Shown here one piece after another: positions 27,990 through 40,743 of a DNA stretch of 64,000 bases; position 1 is the stretch's first letter; every line of letters begins with the position of its first letter. The stretch lies in the NCBI RefSeq assembly GCF_009914755.1, contig NC_060947.1. One strand, 5' to 3'. Origin of the DNA: the human T2T-CHM13v2.0 reference genome, Homo sapiens. The notes below the pieces were generated by a model. It searched no databases and was not told where the DNA came from. It was given only the letters and a program-made list of their open reading frames with translations. A program made the translations under genes and the position numbers.

Positions 27990-28378
27990 TGATATAGTTT
28001 GGATTTGTGTCCCTGCCCAAATCCCATGTTGAATTGTAATCCCCAAAGTTGGAGGAGAGTCCTGGTGGAAGGTGATTGGATCATGAGGGCAGACCTCCCC
28101 CTTTCTGTTCTCATGATAGCTAGTGAGTTATCACGAGATCTGTTTGTTTAAAAGTGTGTAACATCTCCTCCTTTGCTCTCTTCCTCCTGCTTCTGCCAAG
28201 TAAGATTTCCCAGCTTTCCCTTTGCCTTCTGCCATGAGTGTAAGTCTCACGAGGCCTCCCCAGCCATGCTTCATGTACAGGCTATGGAACCATAAGCCAA
28301 TTGAACCTCATTTCTTTATAAATTACCCAGTTTCAGGTAGGTCTTTATAACAATGCAATAATTGGCTTGACTAATACA
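27990..28378 (+). mobile_element. MSTA-like MaLR solo LTR
   Basis: TGATATAGTTTGG...GACTAATACA termini with 5-bp TSD CTTGG. Confidence 0.9.
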
Positions 28379-28503
28379 CTTGGCTTATAGATAACATTCT
28401 ATCTTTGTGTCCAAATTTCCCATTTTTATAAGGACACCAGTCATAGTTTCCACCCTAATCATTTCATTTTAACTTGATTACATCAGTAAAGATTCGATCT
28501 CTA

Positions 28504-28837
<334 letters not shown>

Positions 28838-31599
28838 TTATATTCTGAGGTGGAAAGAGTTAGGACTGCAACATATCTTTTTTGAAAAGAGGGACACTAT
28901 TCAGCCCATAACACTATATAAATCTTAAAATAACCTTGTCTATGTCCACAAGAAATATCCCTAGGATTTTGATAGGGTTTGCCTTAAACCTATATATCAA
29001 TTTGAAACAAAATTGACATCTTTACCATGTTGATTCTTCCAACTCATAAATATAGTATGTCTCTCCATTTATCTAGGTCTTTGATTTATTTTTCTTTCAT
29101 CAGCCCTTCATCATTTGCAGTATTCAAATTCATTATTTTATTCAAAGTATACCTAAGTATATATTTTTTCTAAGTGATTGTAAATGCTATTGAATTTTTA
29201 ATTACAATTCTCACATGTTTATTGCTAGTATATAGGAATAGAGTTGAGTTTTTAATGTTGATCTTTTATCCTATGATTTTGCTGAACTCACTTATGAATT
29301 GTAATTTTTTGGAAATTGCTTGAATTTTCTATGTAAAGAATCATGTTTACTCCAAATTGGAACAGAACTATTTCTTGCTTCTCAATCTTTCTGCATGCTT
29401 CTTTCTTTCCTTATTGAAGTGGCTTGGACTTCCAGCACTACGTTGAATAAGAGTAGTGAGAGTTCTTACCTTACTCCTTAGCTTAGGGGGAAAATATTCA
29501 AGCTTTCACCACTAAGTACAAAGTTAACTGTAGAATTTTTGTATATACTCTTGACCAAGTTGAGAAATTTTCTTCTATTTCTAACTTTCTGAGAATGTTT
29601 ACCATGAAGTGAGAGTCAAATGTTGCTAAATAACTTTTTCTGCATCATTTGATATGATTGTGGGGTTTTTTCTTATCCTATTAATTTGGGAGAATACATT
29701 GACTGATTTTAAATGTTGAACCAGTCTTTCATTCCTGGATTAAACCCACTTGATCATGATACATAATTTTTCATATATATATATATATATAATTTGATAA
29801 AATATAGTAGAAATCTGCTAGGGATTTTGGCATCTACATTCTTGAGGGATATTGATCTTTTTATGTACTGTCTATGCTTTGGTATCAGGATAATAACTGA
29901 CAAAAACTACAAAGTTTCATAGAATTAATGCAATTCTTCCTTAAATATTTGATAGAATTCTCCCATAAAGCTTCTGAACCTGAAGACTAATTTTCTAGAG
30001 CTTTAAAATTCTTATGAATTCAATTACTTTAATACTTATAGGGCAATTCAAGTAATCTATTTCATATTGAATTTCATGTGGTACTTCATCCTTTCTAAGG
30101 AATTAGATCTTTTCTTGTAAGTTATCAAATTTGTGGGCAGAGTTGTTCATGCTATTTTTTGTTACCTTTTGATGCAAGTTCTCTAGTGATACATCTTGTT
30201 TCATTCCAGATATTGTTAATTTGTGCCTTCTCTATTTTTGTCAGTCTTGCTTGATGTTTCTGAATTTTATAGATCTATTCCAAGAACCAACTTTTCATTG
30301 ATTTTCCCTCTTCTTTTAGATTTCATTAATTCTTGCTCTTATCCTTATTATTTCTTTCCTTCAGCTTCATTTGGGTTTATTTTGCTCTCCTTTTTCTATT
30401 TTTAGCAGACATCCTCTGACACCTTCCTGGTATGGGGAAATGGAGCATAGCTTTGTTACTGCTAGGTGGAGTGGAGGTCCAGGTTCTCTATTAGGCCTTT
30501 GTTGATGCTACCCTGGTGGGAAGCAAAAGGGTGCCTCATTTCTGTTTTCCAATTGACCTCTGACGACCTCAATTGCAAGAAGACTTGTTATCCTTGGAAA
30601 GTGATGAAAGTCCAAGCTCCCCACTGGGAGGGAGTCTTTAACACCAATGGGGATAAAGTTTAGGCTTCCAACATAATTATTCTGGAAAAGGGGACAGTTT
30701 GCCAGTTTGGGTGCTTCATTAGAGCCTGGTGAAGGAGGAAGTCTACGATCCTCATTACACCTTTGCTAAAGTGAGAGAGGAGCCACACTTTTTTCCTTCT
30801 GATATTTAGCTGGAATAAAGTACACGATCAAGAGTTTTCTATTTTGCTAGGATGCCCTTTTCCTGGTCCTTTGGCTGGAGAGAACAGGCTTCCATTTAGA
30901 CTTTTTTTTTTTGGTCTATACTTATTGGTGTTTTCAGGTTGCCAGTTTCTCCCACACCAAGTCTGGGATATGTGAGGCAACAAACAAACAAACAAAAAAA
31001 CTGAAGGAACAAGAAAACAGAAAACAAAACCCAAGGAACTCACTGACATGTTCTTTCTTGGGTCCCGAAGTCCCCAACTGATCCTCCTTTTTCTCAACCT
31101 TTTAGAGTCTACTTATGTTTCTTTTATAAATCATGTCCAGGCTTTTTAGTGGTACTTAATGAAACAAGTAAAAAATATGTCTACTCCATTATTCTGGAGG
31201 TTAATGTCCTTTTCTATTGCTTCTCATATCTGTCTCCTTTTTCAGATTAAGTCCTGTAATGGAAGGCTATACCTGGGACAATGAGGGCAGGAAGGACTGG
31301 AGGATTATTAGTGACTGGGGGAGTGGAGAATACAGTCTCAGGGGTTCCCAGCAGGGTACCCCAAGAAGGCTTAAATAAGAAGAGTTGGGCCTTGAGAGAT
31401 AAATAGAACATTTCCAGAGGGCGTAACAGAATATAGGCCAGCATGTTTGAGAATCTGCTCATAGTTCAGATACCCTGGAAATCAAAGCCCAAAGGGGTAT
31501 AAACATAAGGGAGGACTCATAGGTTGTTTAGAATGAAGAGTATTATCACAATGGGCTAATATAATTCCAATCAAAATCAAACAACACAGACCTTGGCAT

Positions 31600-33080
31600 T
31601 TATTTGTTTTTATTTTTTAATCAAGGTAATACATACATCAAATTTTTAAGTCAAATAATACAGCAGAACTTAACGATGTAAAGCAATCGCTGCCGTGCCC
31701 ATTTCCTCTCACTACTGGCAACCATCTTTATTTCAGATGACATTATTATAACTATGTAAATATTGTTCACTGCAGAGACTGGAAGTGCCATAGGATTATC
31801 TTTATTTCTCCATGGGTCCAGTGTTACAATTCAAAAGATAATTTTCTCAGTTTCAAGGTCAAATGGATTCTCTTTTCGTATACTCCATTAATAGCTCAAA
31901 ATCATGCCACATTTTAGTTTGCTTAGTATTTAGACCTTAACACTCTTGTAAAAAAATTTTTTTAAACAAAGAACCTTTTCTGTAGTTTCTAGCTTCTCTG
32001 TTTTTGTTGTTGAGAGAAGCAACATATGCCCTTTTCACCACATCAATAAAATTTTCTGGCTTTCTTACTCATTCTATTGATTGATGGGAATCCAGTCAAA
32101 TTTCCTTTTTGGAGACATTCTTCTTGGAGCTTACTGCCTTCCTGTTCTAATTTGTAGTGATTACTTTCTAGGCCTGCTGAACAGCTGTCATCCTGGGATT
32201 TATTTACATTGCCCCACAGAGTAAATTCCACAAGTAAATTCACATACCTTTCCTTTTCTTGGTTCACACCTCATTTCACTGTACTAAAACCTTAAGTTCT
32301 TTCCTTAGAAGAAATGCTTAGGACACAAATTTTTTTAGTTCCTGCATATATAAAAATATCTTTCTTTTGCCTTTACATTTGATTGCTAATTTAGTTGGGT
32401 AGATATGTCTAAGTTCAAAATCAAGGTACTGATGCATTATCTTCCAGTGTTATTGATGGAACTTCTGATGTAAATGTCATTTTTTTACTTTGTAGGTGGC
32501 TTTTTTCTGGAAATGTTTCAGTTTTTCTCTTTGTTTTTGGTATTCTAGAATTTTGTAAACTTGAAATGAGTCTTTTAATTTATTTCTATTGGATCCCTTT
32601 AATTTAAAAATTAGATTTTTTTACTCATGGATATTTTTTGTAAGCTTACTTTATAATTTCCCCCTTCTTCTGTTCTCTCTTGAACATCCATTAGTCAAAT
32701 TCTGGAATTCCTGAATTGTCTCATTTTCTCTTATTATATATTTCTGCCATTTGAATGTATTTTTTAGGAGATATTCTTAACTTCATGCTTCAGGTTTTTA
32801 AAGTATAATAATAATAAAATTAAAAAAAAGAAAGTCAAGAATATTTTTGAAATCCTATTTTAATTTCTATAATCTCTTTCTCATTATTTGATTAGGTTTT
32901 CATAACATACTTTTTATTTCATAAATACATTAATCTCTGTGAGAATATTAATTTAGAATTTTTAAGTTATCTTTCTTCTCCTTTTTTCTTTATTTATTTT
33001 GATTTTTTTCTAGTATACCTTGCCTTTTTTCATATGTCTGGTAATCTTGGTCTAGGTTAATCATTCTAAGAGCATTTACT
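31600..33080 (-). mobile_element. HAL1 / ancient L1 ORF1-type relic
   Basis: GGCCTGCTGAACAGCTGTCATCCTGGGATTT recalled from HAL1; degenerate antisense ORF1 texture 32250-33060. Confidence 0.5.
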
Positions 33081-33382
33081 CTGCTGTTATACAGGATGCA
33101 CAGACTAAAATCAACTCTTAGCTTGCTCCTATGAAATTTCAGAATGAGGAGGGCTTCACTTTGGGAAACTAACTGCCACACTAGATGCCCTATCTCTTCC
33201 CAGGCAACGTATTAAAATATAAGAGCCAGGAGTGGAGAGCAATGGCTTTGCCTTGAAGAAAGGTGGGTGACTGCAATCTGAACAGGTCCTGACAGCATTA
33301 GTGAGTGTGAGCTATGGTTAGTTATCTTGAGACAGAGAAACCACTGATCTGGCAGCCTAATATTAGAGCCCCTTTGATTGGC

Positions 33383-33660
33383 AGTCATTCAACAATTATG
33401 TACTGTGGACCAATGATATTCTAGTCTGTGTTTTAATGCCAAGGTTTTGTCCTCAGGGAGCTGTCAAATGATGGAGACAGATGACAAATATGTAAACAGG
33501 TATATTTGCAAATATATCTTTGAGGTGTGACATGAAAAAATAAATCAGATGAGAAGAAAGCAAATGCCAGAGATTGGGGAGGGTTGTTGTGGTGGTGAAA
33601 TGATACTTCACATAAAAGTAATCAGATAAAGATTCTAGGTTAAGCAAACAAATGATGAAA
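33383..33660 (-). mobile_element. L2 relic
   Basis: GTCATTCAACAATTAT..GTCCTCAGGGAGCT..GGAGACAGA. Confidence 0.5.
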
Positions 33661-34269
33661 GCTTGTTAGTGAGAACTATACATAACTGCTGTCATCAGAC
33701 TTTACTATAAAATGAAGAAGAAAAACAGATTCTGTACCTTCCATTCTCAGAAAATGACTTTGTATATAAGGGGAATTGAACAAACCTAGAAAAACTTATC
33801 TGACCTACCCAAGAGTGGATAAGACATAAAGCAAACTGCCTTCTCTGCCAGGAATATTGTGTCTGAAACACTGTGTATGGTGCTCTTGAAGCCAAATCTA
33901 ATCTACTGAGCCATGCACTTCTTTAAATGATGGAAGCTGTCCTAAATAAGTACAGTGATTAATTATGTCTGTTAAACCATGATTAGTATTTGCTCAAATA
34001 GATCTTTAACAAAAAAGGATTTTTTTCTTAATTTAAAGAACGTCTTGACTTTTTTGGTCAAAAATCCTCACCAATTGCTAAGAAGAAATATTAAAGTGAT
34101 GTTTACACATACCCTCATGTGGGCTCAATATAGAGCTATACCCAAAATTATATATTGTTATTTTTTCCAGGTCTCTAAAGTGAGTTTTTTTGAATAGAGC
34201 AGTTGACTGGGAAATAGGTATTCCCTAAACTTCTACTAATATTCTTACACAAAAGTGAGTAAAAGGTCA

Positions 34270-34590
34270 AAAGCCAGCTATGCTTTGCTTGTAAAGAGAT
34301 ACATCACAAAGAACAAAATGATAAAGGCAGGAATAAAAAAGAATACTCAAAGATATAATAGACAAATTCAATCAGAAGGTAATATTTATGGAATACAAAA
34401 TAAACTTCAGGGAAAAATATTAAATAGTGTAAAAATGTTATTTCTTATTGATATAAGATACTATCCACCAAGGAGCTACATCACTCATGAATTATGTACT
34501 GTACAGCAGAGCTCTGAAATTCATCAAGCAAAACTGCTAGAAATAGTAAGTTGATAAAAACAGAATAATCACTGTTAGTTTGAATGTTAG
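34270..34590 (+). mobile_element. Ancient L1M ORF2 endonuclease relic
   Basis: ATCCACCAAGGAG..TCATCAAGCAAAACTGCTAGAAAT resembles the EN-domain region. Confidence 0.45.
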
Positions 34591-34614
34591 TTGGTGCAAA
34601 TCATTTAAAGGGCA

Positions 34615-34998
34615 TGTCAATCAGATGTCTAGGTTACATTATCGTAAAAACCAAGCTCCAAATGTCAATGGCTCAGTGAAATGGAAGTGTATTATTAATG
34701 CTACATGTACAACATAAATCACCAGGGGACTCTGCTCCATGTCCTCATTCCATGTTTTCTTATTATGCCGGTATCTCAACAGAGTGTATTGAAGTCCACT
34801 GCTGCAACAGAAGAGCATCTTTCATTGAAATTAAATGCTTCATCTCAGAAATGACAGATGTTGTACTCCCAAACCCATTGGCTGGAAATAGTCACATAGA
34901 CTCAGCCACTTGCAATGGGGACAAGGATGTATAATTCTTGTATGTGTCTAAAAGGAGAGGAGAAACACACACCAGGGAAGATTAGCAGTTTCTACCAT
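34615..34998 (-). mobile_element. Old MLT1 (J/K/L-like) LTR
   Basis: CAGAAATGACA..CCATTGGCTGGAAATAGTCACAT motifs. Confidence 0.6.
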
Positions 34999-34999
34999 G

Positions 35000-36189
35000 A
35001 AGGATAATTTGACATTATCTACCAAAATTTAAATTATGCATGCCTACAATTCTATGAGTCTATCCTTTAGAAATACTAAACAAGTAGATAAAGATATATT
35101 TACAGGGATATCCATTGCATTATTGATTATAACCGAAAAAACCTGAAACAACCTAAAAGTAATCAATAAGAAATGCTTAAGTAAATTATGGTACATACAT
35201 AAAAGGAATACTGTGTTGTTACTAAAAGGGAATGAGGTATGTTTAAATATGCTAAAGTGTAAAAATATACATGGCTCATGATTAAATGATAAAAATCAAA
35301 TTGTAGGACATGGTGAAGAGCATAATTCAACTTGTGCTAAACACCAACAACTTAAAAACAGAAGTTCTAGAAAAATGTTTGCAAGGATACACAGCAAACC
35401 ATTAATAATGGCCTACCACTGAGATTGGGAGATGAATTCTTTTTCCTTATATTTTTATTAGACAAGCCTATTTTTGCAAACCTATATAAATAAAATAATA
35501 CTTCCACTGTTCTCACTTTCTGTCACCTTATTTACCTTATTTTTCTTCAAAGCATTTATCACTGTGTGACAATATATTATAATAGGATTATTTATTGATT
35601 GTTGTCTCCACCATTGAACTGTAAGTGTAGTAAAGGAATGGTCTTTGTTTTCCTAGAATAGCACCTGATATGAAGTAAGTATTCAATGAATATTTGTTTA
35701 ATGAATGAAAAATGAATGATCCTAACTGGCTTAATAGTTCATGTCACATCTAAATATAGAAATACTATATTGATTTGAAAAAGAATAATGAAGAACTAGA
35801 GAGGCAGATATGAAGTGATACCCAAGAAATGTTAATTTAAAAAAGGAAAATAATGAACAGTATGTGTAGCATGATAATATAAGTGATTTTCAAATAAGAT
35901 ATCCCTTGAAAAAGGATTTATTCATTTATTCAACTTGCAATTGTTGAGCTCTTATTATGTATAAAGCAGTTTTTTAGATGCTGTGTTGTATCAGTGAACA
36001 AAACAAAAAGTTCCTCTTCTCATGAGCTTACATTTTATCATGACTGAGGAGAAGAGTGATATATAGAAATTCCTCAGAAAGATATTTAAGAAATAGTGAC
36101 TAATGCTTGGAAATATGACTGGGCAGTTGGGAGGAATTTGGTAACTTTTCATTTCTACTATTTTATACTATTCCATTGTTTTCCAAGAA
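35000..36189 (+). mobile_element. L1ME-type 3'UTR pieces interrupted by two L2 ends (35505-35720 on +, 35917-36050 on -)
   Basis: AAATTATGGTACATACAT..GGAATACT; L2 tail GAATATTTGTTTAATGAATGAA; antisense L2 TTCATTTATTCAAC. Confidence 0.6.
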
Positions 36190-36806
36190 CATGCATTACT
36201 TCTTTTTCCTTTAAATTTACTTTAAATTCCGGGTACATGTGCAGGATATGCAGGTTTGTTACCTACGTAAACATGTGTCGTGGTGGTTTGTGGCACAGAT
36301 CATCCCATCACCTAGTTATTAAGCTCAGTATTCATTAGCTATTCTTCCTGAAGCTCTACCTCCCCCATCACCAACCTGACAGGCCCCAGTGTGTGTTGTT
36401 TCCCCCTCCATGTGTCCTTGTGTTCTCATCACTCAGCTACCACTTGTAAGTGAGAATATGTTTGGTTTTCTGTTCCTGAATTAGTTTGCTGAGGATAGTA
36501 GCTTCCAGCTCCATCCACGTCCCTGCAAAGGACATGATCTTTTTCCCTTCTTTGGCTGCGTAGTATTCCATGCTATATATGTACCACATTTTCTTTATCC
36601 AGTCTATCCTTGATGGGCATTTAGGTTGATTCCATGCCTTTGCTATTGTGAATAGTGCTGCAATTAACATTTATGTGCATGTATCTTTATAATTGAATGA
36701 TTTACATTTCTTTGGGTATATACCCAGTAATAAGATTGCTGGATCAAATGATGTTTCTGCCTCTAGGTCTTTGAGGAAATACGACACTGTCTTCTGCAAT
36801 GGTTGA

Positions 36807-37188
<382 letters not shown>

Positions 37189-37817
37189 CATGATTTTTAA
37201 TAATAGCTATTCTAACTGATGTGAGACAATATCTCATTGTGGTTTTGATTTGCATTTCTCTAATGATCAGTGATGTTGACCTTTGTTTCATATGTATTTG
37301 GTTGCGTGTATGTCTTCTTTTCAGAAGTATCTGTTCAAGTGTCTTTTTCAAATTAATATAGTATTTCTATATGTAGATAGATGTAACGTGAACTACTGAG
37401 CCATTTAGGGTCATTCATTTATTCATTCATTTAACAAATATTCACTAAATACCTACTTCATATCAGCTGCTATTCTAGGCAACTTCGCCCACTTTCTAAT
37501 GGGGTTGTTTGTTTTTATCTTATAGATTTGTTTAAGTTTCTTATAGATGCTGAGTATTAGGACTTTGTCAGATAGAAAGATTGCAAAAATGTTCTCCCAT
37601 TCTGTGGGTTGTCTGTTCACTGTGATGATAGTCTCTTTTGCTGTGCAGAAGCTCTTTAGTTTAATTGGATGCCAATTGTCAATTTTTGCTTTTTTTGCAA
37701 TTGCTTTTCACATTTTGTCATAAAATCTTTGCCTACGCTTATGTCCTGAATGATATTGCCTAGATTTTCTTCTAGGGTTTTTATGTTTTTGGGTTTTACA
37801 ATTAAGTCTTGAATTCA

Positions 37818-37925
<108 letters not shown>

Positions 37926-40333
37926 TTATTGCTTATTTTTGTCAGATTTGTCAAAGATCAGATGTTTGTAGGAGTGCAAACATCTGAGTTCTTATTCTGA
38001 ATTCTCTATTCTGTTCCGTTGGTCTATGTGTCTGTCCTTGTACCAGTACCATGCTGTTTTGGTTACTGTAGCCTTGTAGTATAGTATAGTTGGAATTCAG
38101 GTAGCATGAAGCCTCCAACTTTGTTCTTTTTGCTTAGGATTGTCTTGGCTCTTCAGGCTCCTTTTCGGTTCTATATGAATTTAAAAATTTTTTTTTCTAA
38201 TACTGTGAAGAATGTCAATAGTAGTTTAATGGGAATAGTACTGAATCTAAAAATTACATTGGTCAGTATGGCCATTTTTATGATATTGACTCTTCCTATC
38301 CATGAGCATGGGATGTTTCTCCATTTGTTTGTGTTCTGATTTATTTAAGCAGGAGTTTGTAGTTCTCCTTGAGGAGGCCTTTCACTTCCTTTACTAGCTG
38401 CATTCCTTGGTATTTTATTCTTTTTGTAGCAACTGTGAATGGAAATTCATTCATAATTTGGCACATTCATAATTTGGCTGTGAGTTTGTCATATATGACT
38501 CTTAATATCTTGAGATATGTTCCTTCAATACCTAGTTTATTGAGGGTGTTTAACATGAAGGGATGTTGAATTTTATTGAAGGCCTTCTTTGCATCTATTG
38601 AGATAGATGCAAACAGCTTGCCTGTTGTTTGTGTATAAGAATGCTAGTGATTTTTGAACATTGATTTTGCAACCTGAGACTTTGCTGAAATTGCTTAATA
38701 GCTTAAGAAACTTTTCAGCTGAGACAATGGGATTTTCTAAATATAGGATCATGTCATCTGCAAACAAAGATAATTTGACTTCTCTTTTCCTATTTGATTA
38801 CCCTTTATTTCTTTCTGTTGCCTGCTTGCCCAAGCCAGAACTTCCAATACTATGTTGAATAGGAGTCATGAGAGAGGGCATCCTGTCTTGTGCCAGTTTT
38901 CAAGGTGAATGCTTCCAGCTTTTGCCCATTTAGTATGATATTGGCTGTGAGTTTGTCATATATGGCTCTTAATATTTTGAGATATGTTCCTTCAATACCT
39001 AGTTTATTGAGGGTGTTTAACATGAAGGGATGTTGAATTTTATTGAAGGCCTTTTTGCATCTATTGAGATAATCATATTTTTTTTGTCTTGAGTTCTGTT
39101 TACGGGATGAACCACATTTACTGATTTGCATATGTTGAAACAGTCTTGCATCCTGTGGATGAAGCCAAATTGATCGTGGTGGATAAGCTCTTTGGTGTGC
39201 TGCTGGATTTGGTTTGCCAGTATTTTATTGAAGATTTCTTCATTGGTGTTCATCAAGGATATTAGCCTGAAGTGTTTCTCTCTCTCTCTCTCTGCCAGGT
39301 CTTTTTATCAGGACGATGCTGGCCTCTTAGGGAGGAGTCCTTCCTTTTCAATTTTTTGGAATACCTTAAGTAGAAATGATACCAGCTCTTCTTTGTGCCT
39401 CTGGTAGAACTCACCTGTTAGTCCAACTTGTCCTGGACTTTGATAGATAGGCTATTTATTACTGCCTCAATTTCAGAACTCATTACTGGTCTATTAAGGG
39501 ATTCAATTTCTTCCTGGTTCAGTCTTGGGAGAGTGTATATATCCAGGAATTTATCCATTTCTGCTAGATTTTCTAGTTTATGTGCATAAACGTGTTTATA
39601 GTATTCTGATGGTTGTTTTAATTTCTGTGGGGTTAATGATGATATCCCCCTTATCATTTCTGATTGTGTTTATTTGATTATTTTCTCTTTTATTCTCTAT
39701 TAGCCTAGCTAGTTGTCTATCTATTTTATTATTTCTTTTCAAAAAAAAACAGCTCCTGGATTTGTTGATTTTTTGAAGGGATTTTTTGTGTATCTCTTTC
39801 AGTTCAGCCCTGACCTTTGTTATTTCTTGTCTTCTGTCAGCTTGGGGTTTGTTTTCTCTTGGGTCCCTAGTTCTTTTAGTTGAGATCTTAGGGTGTTAGC
39901 TTGAGATCTTTTTAGCTTTTGATGTGGACATTTAGTTCTATAAATTTCCCTCTTATCACTTCTTTAGCCGTATCACACTCATTTTGATACCTTGTCTCTT
40001 TGTTCTCATTAGTTTCACAGAGTTTCTTGATTTCTGCCTTGATTTTGTTATTCACCCAAGAGTCATTCAGGAGCAGCTTGTTCTATTTCCATGTAGTCGT
40101 GTGGTTTTGAGTGAATTTCTTAATCTTGAGTTATAATTTGATTGCATTGTGGTTTGAGAGACTGTTTGTTATTATTTCAGTACTTTTGCATTGATTATAT
40201 GGTAAGTTTTAGAGTAAGTACCATGTGGCAATGAGAAGAATGTATATTCTGTTGAACTTGGGTGAAGAGTTCTGTAAATATCTATCACATTGACTTGATC
40301 AAAAGCTGAGTTGTGGTCCTGATATCTTTGTTA

Positions 40334-40743
<410 letters not shown>

